Positions 19,571 to 29,338 of a DNA stretch of 64,000 nucleotides are shown piece after piece. Under the pieces are notes generated by a model. It made no database searches, was not told where the DNA came from, and saw only the letters and a list, made by a program, of their open reading frames with translations. The translations under genes and the position numbers were made by a program. Origin of the DNA: Bacteroidetes/Chlorobi group bacterium MS-B_bin-24 (GTDB lineage: Bacteria > Bacteroidota > Ignavibacteria > Kapaibacteriales > UBA2268); assembly GCA_003731685.1 (NCBI GenBank), contig RCNO01000006.1, positions 11,753-75,752 on the forward strand, in the 5' to 3' direction. The number at the start of each line of letters is the position of its first letter. The first letter of the stretch is position 1.

Positions 19571-21292
19571 ATGAGAAACCATAGGTTTATATTGGTGGCG
19601 GTTCTGCTCGGGGCACTATTTTTGCAGCCAATTTATTCGCAAGATGAAGCAACACGAACCGAAATGGAACAAATCCTCGGCAGATTTTCTAACTACCGCT
19701 TTGGTAATATTTCTATCTTTCGGCTGAAAAATATTGGAGACATTCGCAAAGCTTTGAAATTGCGACAGGAGAAAGCTGCCGGTGTTCAAATTAACGAGGA
19801 AATTCTTAAAACAGTAGAACAAGCAATATTGAAAATCATCGAAGACGGGGTGCTTGCAGACGAAAGTATGAGAGAAATTTTGCAGGCAATCGACGCTCGT
19901 GGCTTTACTCCACCCGAGCAGTCGATAATGGAGCAATTATATCAATATTACAAGTTGAAACATCAAGGAGCTGCCGAAGCAAGACCAGAAAATGCCTATC
20001 TAATTACAACAAGGGCGAAGCCCGGTGAAATTCCCGAGTTCATTATTGCCCTAATAATTAGTTACAATGCTTCGGGCGATATGGAAAAGCAACTTAAAAG
20101 TATCGGACCCGGCGATATTTACACCTACGACGAGATGAAAAACTTCCAACTCGATACTACTTTCTCTGCCAATAATCTTTATGATTTGATGGTTAATGCT
20201 CTTGTTCAACGCAATGTTGAGAACAAAACAATCGAAGCACAAGGTATTGGCAATGCTCAATGGTTTGCACGAAAAATATTTGGAAACACAGAAACTCCTT
20301 TCCTTAACGAAGCCGATTTGTCTTCGTATGATGTACAAAAAATATTACGGGTCAGCGAAGGTGAGCCTTTTAATTTTGGAATAAAACAAAATGAACTTAT
20401 TTTGAGTCCCGATTGGATACTTTGGCGTCGTTTCCCGCAACCCGGCTATTACGACGAAGCCTCGGGTAAATTCATTGTAGATACTACTTTGAACTCCAAT
20501 TCCGATTTGCCTCTTGTCGGGCTTGAACTGAAGTATGGTATCGATTGCATTAATTATACATCATTCTTTAGCGAGCGCGTTACTTTAAGTGCTTTGTGGC
20601 AAAATGTTAAACTCGGGTTAATCCTGCCCACCGATGGATGGGCTTCGATTGGCAAAAATGTTTTCGACATAAATCGTAAGCTTACCTACGCAGGGTTCGG
20701 GCTTGCTGGTTCCTTCGACTTCCCAATTAAAGTTATCCCGAAGAGTGGTGTGTTCCATTTTGACTTCGGTTATGTTTTGGGTGATGCAAAAGAAAGCAAG
20801 TATAAATCGCGTAATATTGACACTTTAACATATACTCCGTGGCGAACTATTGCAAATAGAGACTTCGATTATCTTATTCGCGGGAACATCCAAGCCTATT
20901 ATACTTTCGGTGTTCAAATCGATAATAACTACCTCTTCCGCTTCGGACTGGGCGGAACTTTCTATCAGGTTGAACAATGGTATTATGATTTAGATACGGC
21001 AAATTTGCGAAGGCGACTTGTGTTTAAGAAATACGACGAAAAGTCTGTTGGTGATGTTTCGATTAGGGTCGACTTTATGTCCACCGACATTGCAACTCCA
21101 TTTGGAGCCAATGTGCAATACTTCAATGGAGGCATAGGTGGCGGAGTTTGGTTGCAAGTTCCAATCATTCGCAATACATTATATCTGCGACTCGATGGTC
21201 GAGGCTACTTTGTGCCTTTCAAGGATAAGCCAGATGAATGGGAAAATAAAGGCTATTTCATTCCTATGGCTCGTTTTATTCTTACATTTTAA
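19571..21292 (+). CDS. Hypothetical secreted protein, N-terminal helical domain plus C-terminal putative outer-membrane beta-barrel
   Basis: Signal peptide MRNHRFILVAVLLGALFLQPIYSQ. The C-terminal half has alternating hydrophobic/aromatic beta-strand periodicity and a terminal Phe (ARFILTF), as in OMPs. Start moved to 19571. Confidence 0.55.
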   Translation: MRNHRFILVAVLLGALFLQPIYSQDEATRTEMEQILGRFSNYRFGNISIFRLKNIGDIRKALKLRQEKAAGVQINEEILKTVEQAILKIIEDGVLADESMREILQAIDARGFTPPEQSIMEQLYQYYKLKHQGAAEARPENAYLITTRAKPGEIPEFIIALIISYNASGDMEKQLKSIGPGDIYTYDEMKNFQLDTTFSANNLYDLMVNALVQRNVENKTIEAQGIGNAQWFARKIFGNTETPFLNEADLSSYDVQKILRVSEGEPFNFGIKQNELILSPDWILWRRFPQPGYYDEASGKFIVDTTLNSNSDLPLVGLELKYGIDCINYTSFFSERVTLSALWQNVKLGLILPTDGWASIGKNVFDINRKLTYAGFGLAGSFDFPIKVIPKSGVFHFDFGYVLGDAKESKYKSRNIDTLTYTPWRTIANRDFDYLIRGNIQAYYTFGVQIDNNYLFRFGLGGTFYQVEQWYYDLDTANLRRRLVFKKYDEKSVGDVSIRVDFMSTDIATPFGANVQYFNGGIGGGVWLQVPIIRNTLYLRLDGRGYFVPFKDKPDEWENKGYFIPMARFILTF

Positions 21293-21318
21293 TTTGTAAA
21301 TAATCTGTGATGAGTGAT

Positions 21319-22728
21319 ATGAAAAAGGTATTAGTTTTAATTTGGGTGTTTGTTTTATTTGCTGCCAGCAACTCATTTGGACAAAAACCACAAATCAACC
21401 CGCGCGATTTGATCGACTCAATGACAACAATTGACCCGGAAATCCGAAAATATTTCCCCCGTTGGAAAATTTGCGAGACCGACTTGCAAATTCAAATCTA
21501 TCAGGCATTTCGCATTTTGGGTTACGACGAATCGAAACTTAGTAAAACACGCATCGAAGTTCTTGCTGCACCGAGAAAAAGCGAGCAAGAACCATACGAT
21601 TTACTTTTGCTAACTTGCGGGGAGGTTAGCCTTACTGCTTCGCAAATGCAAAGTAATCTGGGAGAGCGTCTGCTGAATATTATTGCTGGTGGTGATGCTT
21701 TTGCTAATCCAAACACTTGGTTCGATGGGAAACGCGACTATTGCTATGTCGATATTCCTCCCGAAGTCCCTGTTACTGCTTCCCAAGCCCAAGCAATCAT
21801 AAGCTATCTTGAACCAACAAATGTAACTCATTCTTTCACTCTTTCCCTGTTTGAACAAAGTCTGAAATTTGGCGAATCCGGTTTCTGGCTGAAGAACATA
21901 ACCGGCACAGACGAGATTGGATATATTTTCTGGAATTCGGGATGCTCAAAAATTATTTTGAAACGACCACTTTATGTTAATCGCGATTCCAAAACTAGCG
22001 ATAGAATTCCCTACTTAATCAATGCTTATCTTGGTGGAGCTTATAGAATTTGGAGCGGTATCAATAATAAATCGGATATCTTCAGCTGGGTTCCACAGCA
22101 AAAGATTAATCAAGGTCCCGGCGGAAAACTGGTTGCTGGATTCGACTTCCATATGCCTTTCCATCCCCAATTCGGTCTTCATTTCAATTTGGAATTGCCA
22201 ATGACTGAGCTTAAAGAGGAAACAGTTGAAGCTGATAAGTATTATTCTTATGTTAAAACAAATGATTTGACACTCGATACATTTTCGGTTGCACCTTTGC
22301 TTCGCTCATCGGGTCAGGCAACTTTGTTCTATAATTTCTGGTTCACCGAAAGCAATCCCGAAAATTATATTCGCATCGATTTGGGTTTAAATTATTTTGA
22401 AGTCAGAGAAGTGTATTTCAAACCCACGCCATTTAGGAGCCGAATTCTTGTTCCATCCCCCGATGACGAAACTATACAGTTAAGCACCCATAAACCAAAT
22501 GAATTTGCCGACTGGATTTACGCAAAGATTGAATATCGGAATCAATCAGTTTGGCCCTTTGGTTTCAGTTTGCAATATTCTAATCAGATTTTGCTGGCAA
22601 GAGCTTACTTGCCAATATTCAACTGGCTTTACATCGAAGGAAGAGTTTCCCGAATCCTTCGAACTGCAAAGCCATTCGAAAATAAGACATTCTTCTTGAT
22701 TTCGCCAGTTTTGAGATTAACATTATAA
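21319..22728 (+). CDS. Hypothetical secreted protein, putative outer-membrane beta-barrel
   Basis: Signal peptide MKKVLVLIWVFVLFAASNSFGQ. C-terminal beta-strand periodicity (FGLHFNLELP, ATLFYNFWF, IRIDLGLNYFEV, FGFSLQYSN). 14 to 26 nt after the preceding gene. Confidence 0.55.
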   Translation: MKKVLVLIWVFVLFAASNSFGQKPQINPRDLIDSMTTIDPEIRKYFPRWKICETDLQIQIYQAFRILGYDESKLSKTRIEVLAAPRKSEQEPYDLLLLTCGEVSLTASQMQSNLGERLLNIIAGGDAFANPNTWFDGKRDYCYVDIPPEVPVTASQAQAIISYLEPTNVTHSFTLSLFEQSLKFGESGFWLKNITGTDEIGYIFWNSGCSKIILKRPLYVNRDSKTSDRIPYLINAYLGGAYRIWSGINNKSDIFSWVPQQKINQGPGGKLVAGFDFHMPFHPQFGLHFNLELPMTELKEETVEADKYYSYVKTNDLTLDTFSVAPLLRSSGQATLFYNFWFTESNPENYIRIDLGLNYFEVREVYFKPTPFRSRILVPSPDDETIQLSTHKPNEFADWIYAKIEYRNQSVWPFGFSLQYSNQILLARAYLPIFNWLYIEGRVSRILRTAKPFENKTFFLISPVLRLTL

Positions 22729-22754
22729 AATGCAAACTATGTAAAAAATATTAA

Positions 22755-22787
22755 GCCCTCTGCCTTCGGGTGGGAGGGTTTATTTTT
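22755..22787 (+). terminator. Intrinsic terminator-like hairpin between genes 3 and 4 of the envelope operon
   Basis: gccctctgcc-TTCG-ggtgggaggg stem with a TTCG tetraloop, followed by tttattttt. Confidence 0.6.
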
Positions 22788-22807
22788 AAAAATAATTTCG
22801 GTTGACT

Positions 22808-24151
22808 ATGAAAAGACTTGCTAAGAATCTTGGTTATTTTGCGATAGTTTTATTTGCTGTTGTTTTATTTAATTTTTATTCGAAATCACAACAACCCAAC
22901 CCAGATTCTGTTAAAAAAATTCAAGAGGTTTTGTCCTCTGCCGAAATCAAAACCGAAAAGAAACCTGTTGTCTTGACCATTCGAAATGTCGATATATCGA
23001 AATTCCCCGAAATCAATGTTATCGTCGAAGCATTCAACACAAGCGGATTCCCTTTGGATACATTGACAACCCAGGATGTTATCGTTACCGAAAATAATGT
23101 CGAAAAGAAAGTCATTTCGGTAACGAAGATTTCGGTGAGGGAAAGAATACCTGTCGATTTTGTTTTTATTATCGATGTTACAGGTTCAATGCAGAAGTAT
23201 ATCGACGAAGTAAAAAGCAACATTTCTCGGTTCCTTACCTCGTTACTTAGTCGAGGAATAGATTATCGCATTGGGCTTATTCTTTTTTCGGACATAGTCG
23301 AAAAGGTTTACCAGCCTGTGGACAACGTGAATACATTTCTCGGATGGTTAACGGGTGTTCGGGCTTATGGTGGGGGCGACGAAAAAGAGAACACATTGGA
23401 AGCAATCAAAGCCACTGGGAATATTGCCTTTCGTCCTTCCGCTAATCGAGTAATTGTTTTGGTTACCGATGCTCCCTACCATCAACTTGGCGAAAAAGGC
23501 GATGGAACCACATACGAAACAACAAATTCAATAATAGAATACTTGAACAAGAACGAAATCCGTTGCTTTACGATAACCCCGCCAAAATTGAAGGAGTATA
23601 AAACCATAGCCTCGAAAACTCGTGGCAATCAATTCGACATAGAATATCCGTTTTCGACTATTCTTAATAATTTCTCGAATCAATTAACAAATTTGTATTC
23701 GATTAAGTACCGCACAGATTTGCCAGCAATACCCGATTCGATAAATATTGCCATTTTCAGTCCAGAACGCAAAGAAATAGTTCGCCGCACGATTCCGATT
23801 GTTGAATTGGGACGTAAGTTGATAATCGAGAACCTGCTTTTCGATGTGAATAGTGCCACTTTGCCCGACACGGTCAAAGAATTGGAAATACTTTATCAAT
23901 TTATGAAGAACAAGCAAAATGTTACGATATTAGTCGAGGGGCACACCGACGACAAGGGTTCACATCCATACAACGACCGATTGTCGATAATGCGTGCGGA
24001 ATCGGTGAAGAACTATCTTGTTCGAAGGGGAATAGCCCCCGAGCGAATCAAAACAGTGGGATATGGCAAAAGGAAACCCATAGCCCCGAACGATACGGAA
24101 TTCGGTCGCCGTCTAAACCGCCGAACAGAAATAGTAATCGTCTCGAAATAA
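22808..24151 (+). CDS. vWA-domain protein with a C-terminal OmpA-like peptidoglycan-binding domain
   Basis: N-terminal TM/signal anchor. vWA MIDAS-type motif FIIDVTGSM with downstream LVTDA. C-terminal OmpA domain FDVNSATL...EGHTDDKGSHPYNDRLSIMRAESVKNYL...NRRTEIVI. Confidence 0.8.
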   Translation: MKRLAKNLGYFAIVLFAVVLFNFYSKSQQPNPDSVKKIQEVLSSAEIKTEKKPVVLTIRNVDISKFPEINVIVEAFNTSGFPLDTLTTQDVIVTENNVEKKVISVTKISVRERIPVDFVFIIDVTGSMQKYIDEVKSNISRFLTSLLSRGIDYRIGLILFSDIVEKVYQPVDNVNTFLGWLTGVRAYGGGDEKENTLEAIKATGNIAFRPSANRVIVLVTDAPYHQLGEKGDGTTYETTNSIIEYLNKNEIRCFTITPPKLKEYKTIASKTRGNQFDIEYPFSTILNNFSNQLTNLYSIKYRTDLPAIPDSINIAIFSPERKEIVRRTIPIVELGRKLIIENLLFDVNSATLPDTVKELEILYQFMKNKQNVTILVEGHTDDKGSHPYNDRLSIMRAESVKNYLVRRGIAPERIKTVGYGKRKPIAPNDTEFGRRLNRRTEIVIVSK

Positions 24152-24360
24152 GAAAAATTAGCGGTGCCGAGAAACCAAAGCTTTTTCAGGTTTAAGAAAT
24201 TAAAATTAATTTTTTATCAAAAATTGTAAATAGATGAACAAATTTGAATTTATTTAATTAAATTAGTCTTTTAAAATCAATATTACGTTGATAATTCTTT
24301 TAACCTAAAAAGGGAGTTCTAAAAAGAACATTATAATGTCTAACAAATAAAGTTAAGAAA

Positions 24361-26193
24361 ATGGGTTCATTTGATTCTACCAAAAGAAGTCTTTATGATA
24401 TACTAACCGATGTTGATAAAGGGAAAATACAGTTGCCAGATTTTCAAAGAAGCTGGGTATGGGACGATGACAGAATAAAAGGAATAATTGTATCGGTGGC
24501 AAAATCTTTCCCTATAGGCGCAATTATGTTGTTAGAAACAGGGAACGATGGTATTAAATTTAAAGCGAAACCTGTTGAAGGTGTGAAAAATGCAAATGGT
24601 GTAGAACCCGAAATGTTAATCCTTGACGGACAGCAACGAATAACATCTCTTTATAAAGCTATTGTTACAAATGAGGTTGTGGATACAAGGAATTCCCAAG
24701 GGTTTGAAATAAGACGCTGGTATTATATTGATATGAAAAAAGCTTTAGACCCTAATACAGATTTAGAAGATGCGGTTTTTTCGATTAATGAGAAAAAAAT
24801 CATAACTGAAAATATTGGTCGGACAGTTGTATTAGACTTATCTACCGAAGAAAAAGAATACGAAAATTTAATGTATCCAGTTTCTAAGATTGATGAATAC
24901 AGCGAATGGAGAAAAGGGTTTAATAAATTTTGGAAATATGACCCAGAAAAAATGGAACTTTGGGATAAATTTGAAGAAAAAATTATTCATAACTTCAATA
25001 CTTATCAGATTCCATTGATCATAATGAAAAAGGACAATCCAAAGGAGGCTGTTTGTCAAGTCTTTGAAAAGGTTAATACTGGTGGAATTTCTTTAACTGC
25101 TTTCGAACTTTTAACCGCTACTTATGCTGCTGATGGTTTTGATTTAAAAGCTGATTGGGAAAATATAAAGAAAAAATTTAAAGAACATAAGGTTCTTGAA
25201 CTCACAAGTAATACCGATTTCATACAAGCTCTTACACTTTATTCGACCTTTAAAAAAAGGCTAGAAAAAAGCGATGCTCCACCAGTTAGTGCAAAGAGAA
25301 AGGATATACTTGATTTATCCCTTGATGATTATAAAAAATATCGCGATGATATTGCGGGTGGATTTATTAAAGCTTCGAAAATACTAGTAGAAAATCATAT
25401 TTATACTGCACGCGATTTACCCTATACCACACAACTTATACCTATGGCAGCTATTTTAGCCCATCTGGGGAATAAAATTGAATATATGGGCAATAAAAAT
25501 AAGTTAATGCGATGGTTTTGGTGTGTTGTTTTTGGTGAACTTTATGGCTCTGCGCCTGAAACTCGTTATGCTTTGGATATGATTCAGGTTACAGATTGGA
25601 TTGATAATAATGGGGAAGAACCACAGACAATTTATGATGCTAACTTTTCGCCGAGCCGTTTGCATACTTTACGAACAAGAAAAAGTGCAGCTTATAAAGG
25701 AATATACGCTTTATTGATGGATGATAATATTAAGGATTGGCTTTCTGCAGCAAGAATTGATTTTAGCACATATTTCTCTGAATCAATTGATATTCATCAC
25801 ATTTTTCCAGAAGCTTGGTGTAGAAGAAATAACATTCCTCGTGATGATTATGATTGTATAATTAATAAAACACCATTATCAAGCAGAACTAATCGAATTG
25901 TAAGCGGGGATGCCCCAAGCAAATATTTACAGAGATTAAAAAAACATGCGGGTGTAAGCGACGAAGAATTCATTAACATTTTAGATTCGCATTTAGTTAA
26001 CATAGAATTTTTGTACAGAGACGACTTTTATGGATTTTTTAATGACCGTAAGGAAAGACTTTTACAGAAGATTGAAAAGGCGATGGGCAAAAAAATCCCA
26101 AGAACCAGCCAACCTTTCGAAGAAGTGGAGAGCAATTATTTTGATAATGGTGAAGACGAAGAGGAGATATTTTATAATCCTGAATTATTCTAA
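24361..26193 (+). CDS. DUF262 (ParB-like NTPase) plus DUF1524 (His-Me finger nuclease) protein, GmrSD-family type IV restriction-like
   Basis: N-terminal LPDFQRSWVWD and ILDGQQRITSLY (DGQQR) motifs. C-terminal IDIHHIFPEAW...INKTPLSSRTNR nuclease motif. The gene and its flanks are visibly more AT-rich than neighbouring genes. Confidence 0.75.
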   Translation: MGSFDSTKRSLYDILTDVDKGKIQLPDFQRSWVWDDDRIKGIIVSVAKSFPIGAIMLLETGNDGIKFKAKPVEGVKNANGVEPEMLILDGQQRITSLYKAIVTNEVVDTRNSQGFEIRRWYYIDMKKALDPNTDLEDAVFSINEKKIITENIGRTVVLDLSTEEKEYENLMYPVSKIDEYSEWRKGFNKFWKYDPEKMELWDKFEEKIIHNFNTYQIPLIIMKKDNPKEAVCQVFEKVNTGGISLTAFELLTATYAADGFDLKADWENIKKKFKEHKVLELTSNTDFIQALTLYSTFKKRLEKSDAPPVSAKRKDILDLSLDDYKKYRDDIAGGFIKASKILVENHIYTARDLPYTTQLIPMAAILAHLGNKIEYMGNKNKLMRWFWCVVFGELYGSAPETRYALDMIQVTDWIDNNGEEPQTIYDANFSPSRLHTLRTRKSAAYKGIYALLMDDNIKDWLSAARIDFSTYFSESIDIHHIFPEAWCRRNNIPRDDYDCIINKTPLSSRTNRIVSGDAPSKYLQRLKKHAGVSDEEFINILDSHLVNIEFLYRDDFYGFFNDRKERLLQKIEKAMGKKIPRTSQPFEEVESNYFDNGEDEEEIFYNPELF

Positions 26194-26259
26194 ACTATTG
26201 TAGAAACTGTTATTGCATCCTAATTTCGATGGTTTTCATTCTATAATACATTTCAATAA

Positions 26260-26871
26260 TTACTTCGAGCGAACTGAAAAGAACAGAAGGACAACGAGGG
26301 CGCTCGACACAATTACCACGATTGGCTCGATGTAGCGGTCGAAGAAAGTTTCCTTTTCGGGGGGAAGTTCTCCTTTGAACGGTGAGCCATCGCGTTCGAT
26401 GTAGCCAATCGATTCAACATCAATTGTGTCGGTTGCAAGAGTGTCGAATTTGAATGGATTTATTGGTAGGCTCTTCCTTTTAATCAACGCAGAGACAGAA
26501 AATGCAATCGTTCTTTTAAGTTTGTTCTTTCCATCAGGGATTTTCGCGTATTCAATCCTGAATTGATTTACAAGTAATTCGAGTTTTGAAATGGTGTCCG
26601 ATTCTGAATAATAAAAACGCAAATTTCGGGTTGAAAGTTCCGAAATGAGTATCCCTTCGATATATTGCGAGATTGGATGATTTGTGCACTTAATTGAATA
26701 GGGGCTATCGGGAAATTTTTGAAGTTCAATGTAAATCTTTTCGGCAAATTTCTTAATCAATGACTGCGTTTGCTCAAAATTTGTTCGGGGCAAAGGGTCG
26801 TTTGCTTGTACTGGCAGTGATGAGGGAATGCAGAACACAATCAAAAGCAATTTGAAAATGCGGAGGGTCAT
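26260..26871 (-). CDS. Hypothetical secreted protein with a C-terminal membrane anchor
   Basis: Signal peptide MTLRIFKLLLIVFCIPSSLPVQA and C-terminal TM IVVIVSSALVVLLFF. 4-nt overlap with the upstream ORF. Confidence 0.5.
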   Translation of the reverse strand: MTLRIFKLLLIVFCIPSSLPVQANDPLPRTNFEQTQSLIKKFAEKIYIELQKFPDSPYSIKCTNHPISQYIEGILISELSTRNLRFYYSESDTISKLELLVNQFRIEYAKIPDGKNKLKRTIAFSVSALIKRKSLPINPFKFDTLATDTIDVESIGYIERDGSPFKGELPPEKETFFDRYIEPIVVIVSSALVVLLFFSVRSK

Positions 26872-27335
26872 TTATTGTTTGCTTTTTTAAACTGAACCAG
26901 TGCGTCGGTAAGTTCAACATCGTTCCAAAAGGAACTCGGACGGATGCGATAAGGCTTTGTTCGGAATGTTACATATATTCGGAATACTTTTAAAGAGCGG
27001 CGGAGATTGGTTATGATTTCCCGACCAACTTGGATTCGGACAATTTGGGTTGCGGGGATAACTCGCTCACGAAATCTTGTCTTCAAAATAATCGAATCCT
27101 TTCCAACAATTATTTTCGGTTCTTTCCAAATATTGTAGAGATAGGCAATGATGGAAAACACGATGATGAAGAAAAGCAAAAGGACAATTGGGTCAGTCAA
27201 CGAAAGAGTAAGCGTTCCTTCGGCGATAGTACCACGAATAAAAGAGTAGATGATTAAGACAATTGAATATATGGCAATCGATTTCCAGTAGAAATCGAAT
27301 CTCTTTTCGAAAGTTGCTGGTAATTGTTTACCCAT
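26868..27335 (-). CDS. Hypothetical membrane protein (two TM helices plus a small PH-like soluble domain, tentative)
   Basis: TM segments IAIYSIVLIIYSFI and IVLLLFFIIVFSIIAYLY, followed by a basic beta-rich tail. Lies downstream of murG in the same orientation. Confidence 0.5.
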   Translation of the reverse strand: MGKQLPATFEKRFDFYWKSIAIYSIVLIIYSFIRGTIAEGTLTLSLTDPIVLLLFFIIVFSIIAYLYNIWKEPKIIVGKDSIILKTRFRERVIPATQIVRIQVGREIITNLRRSLKVFRIYVTFRTKPYRIRPSSFWNDVELTDALVQFKKANNK

Positions 27336-27373
27336 ATTTTTTTAAAAATCCAAAAATAAAAATCAAAATTAAA

Positions 27374-28462
27374 TTAAATATTCATAAAATTCAAAATTTC
27401 TTTTGCAATTTCGTAACCAGCATTGGGATTCCCAAATTTTCTGATATTTTGCGAAAGTTCTTGCAATTTTGCTGGATTTTTGAACAAAGAGATAATCGTT
27501 TGCACAAGCGTATCTGCAATTTCGTTATCGAGAATCATTATTGCAGCATTAGATTTAGCGAGTTTAAGGGCATTTTCTTCTTGATGTTTATTTGTTGAGT
27601 AAGGATATGGGATTAGAATTGCAGGCTTCCCAAGGGCAGAAATTTCGGCAATAGTCGATGCACCCGAACGAGCCACAACAAGATTGGCAGACGCGTATGC
27701 CGATGCCATATCCTCAATGAATTCCAGCATCTTTAAGCCTTTGTCGTTCGGTTTTTCGAAATCGAAATTTTTTCTCGTTTGCCAAAGTATTTGAATTCCT
27801 TCGTTCAGCAGTGTTTTGTAGTTCGAATGTATCGTGTGGTTAATCGAACGGGCGCCAAGGCTACCACCGAAAACAAGTAGCGTAGGTTTTTCGGGCTCCA
27901 AACCAAACTTTTCCCTTGCCTCTTGGGGTGTCTTTGGAGCGAGCAAATCTTTTCTGATTGGCGTCCCCAGAACCTTGACCCTTTCCCGGACTTCCAGCGG
28001 GAGCCATTTTTTTGTCTCTTCGAAAGTTGCAAAGAATATGCTTGCCCTTCGAGCGAGCAAACGGTTCGCCCTACCGGGAACAAGGTTGCTTTCGAGCAGA
28101 AAGATTGGCTTCTTTTCGGAATAGAGCGACATCCCTGCGGGATAACTTATGTACGCACCAGTGGCAATTCCGAAGTCGATGGCCTTGTTCCGTATTAAGT
28201 CCCGACAAATATTTATTGATTTCAAAGTATTAAGAAAAAATTTAAAGAATTTTAAGCCAAAACCTGCGAAACCTACCATTGGAATTGGTGTAAAATGCCA
28301 ATGTTTTTCTTTGCAAACCCTTGCTTCAATCTTCTCGGGACTACCAACAGCAAAAACTTCGATTGGAACCCTGTTTGCCGTTATGTTCGCAATTTCCTCT
28401 AATACAGCAACGGCTGGGAAAAGATGCCCTCCCGTACCGCCTGCTGAAAGTAAAATTTTCAT
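27374..28462 (-). CDS. murG: Undecaprenyldiphospho-muramoylpentapeptide beta-N-acetylglucosaminyltransferase
   Basis: GGTGGHLFPAVAV N-terminal signature, central GGSLGA motif and C-terminal HQEENA motif. Confidence 0.9.
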   Translation of the reverse strand: MKILLSAGGTGGHLFPAVAVLEEIANITANRVPIEVFAVGSPEKIEARVCKEKHWHFTPIPMVGFAGFGLKFFKFFLNTLKSINICRDLIRNKAIDFGIATGAYISYPAGMSLYSEKKPIFLLESNLVPGRANRLLARRASIFFATFEETKKWLPLEVRERVKVLGTPIRKDLLAPKTPQEAREKFGLEPEKPTLLVFGGSLGARSINHTIHSNYKTLLNEGIQILWQTRKNFDFEKPNDKGLKMLEFIEDMASAYASANLVVARSGASTIAEISALGKPAILIPYPYSTNKHQEENALKLAKSNAAIMILDNEIADTLVQTIISLFKNPAKLQELSQNIRKFGNPNAGYEIAKEILNFMNI

Positions 28463-29338
28463 TTATTTTGCCTTTAATAATTTAATTTGCAAAAGCGAAA
28501 AACCAAGAAGCAAAAAGAACACCACAAAAGCAATAGCCGACGCATAACCCATTTGGTCAATTTTTACAAAAGCATTCTCGTAAATCAAATACACCAGGGT
28601 AGTAGTTGCGTTCAGCGGTCCGCCCTTGGTCATAACATATATTTCCACAAAGATTTGAGATGATTTAATCGTATTTAAAACCACAACGAACAACAGCATT
28701 GGTCGAAGCAATGGGAAAGTGATTTTTTGGAATTTCTGCCATTCTGTTGCAGAGACCAAATCGGAGACTTCGTAGTAATCTTTCGGTATGGATTGCATTC
28801 CAGCAAGGAAAAGAATCATATAGTAGCCCGTGCTCATCCACACATCCATAGCCATAATTGCTGGCAAAGCAGTATGTTCGTTTTGTAGCCATCCAAGTTG
28901 TGGATATGGAAGCCCAAGCATTTTTAGAAGATTATTTATATAACCATTTGCTGAATAAAGATTAAGAAAAACCAAAGAAATAACAACAAGCGAAGTTATC
29001 GACGGAATAAAAAATACCGAGCGGAAAAAATTCTGGAACTTAAAAACTTTTGAGTTTAACAAGTTTGCAAAGAAGAGAGCCAAAGCCGTTGTAATTGGAA
29101 CTGTTCCGAATGTAAAAATTGCCGTATTTTTTAGTGCAATCCAAAAAACGGGGTCGCTGGCTATTCGGAGATAATTCGCAAGCCCAACAAATCGAGTTCG
29201 TGAGGTTAATGTTTCGTAGTCGCAAAGACTCAAATATCCAGCATAAACGACAGGATAAAGCCAGAAGACAGTAAATATGATTAGCCAAGGCGAAAGCAAA
29301 AGAATGTTGTTAAGTTTTTCTTTCTGCTTCCAATTCAT
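28463..29338 (-). CDS. Carbohydrate-type ABC transporter permease (MalF/UgpA-like)
   Basis: Six predicted TM segments. EAA-like loop YYEVSDLVSATEWQKFQKITFPLLRP. Confidence 0.8.
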   Translation of the reverse strand: MNWKQKEKLNNILLLSPWLIIFTVFWLYPVVYAGYLSLCDYETLTSRTRFVGLANYLRIASDPVFWIALKNTAIFTFGTVPITTALALFFANLLNSKVFKFQNFFRSVFFIPSITSLVVISLVFLNLYSANGYINNLLKMLGLPYPQLGWLQNEHTALPAIMAMDVWMSTGYYMILFLAGMQSIPKDYYEVSDLVSATEWQKFQKITFPLLRPMLLFVVVLNTIKSSQIFVEIYVMTKGGPLNATTTLVYLIYENAFVKIDQMGYASAIAFVVFFLLLGFSLLQIKLLKAK

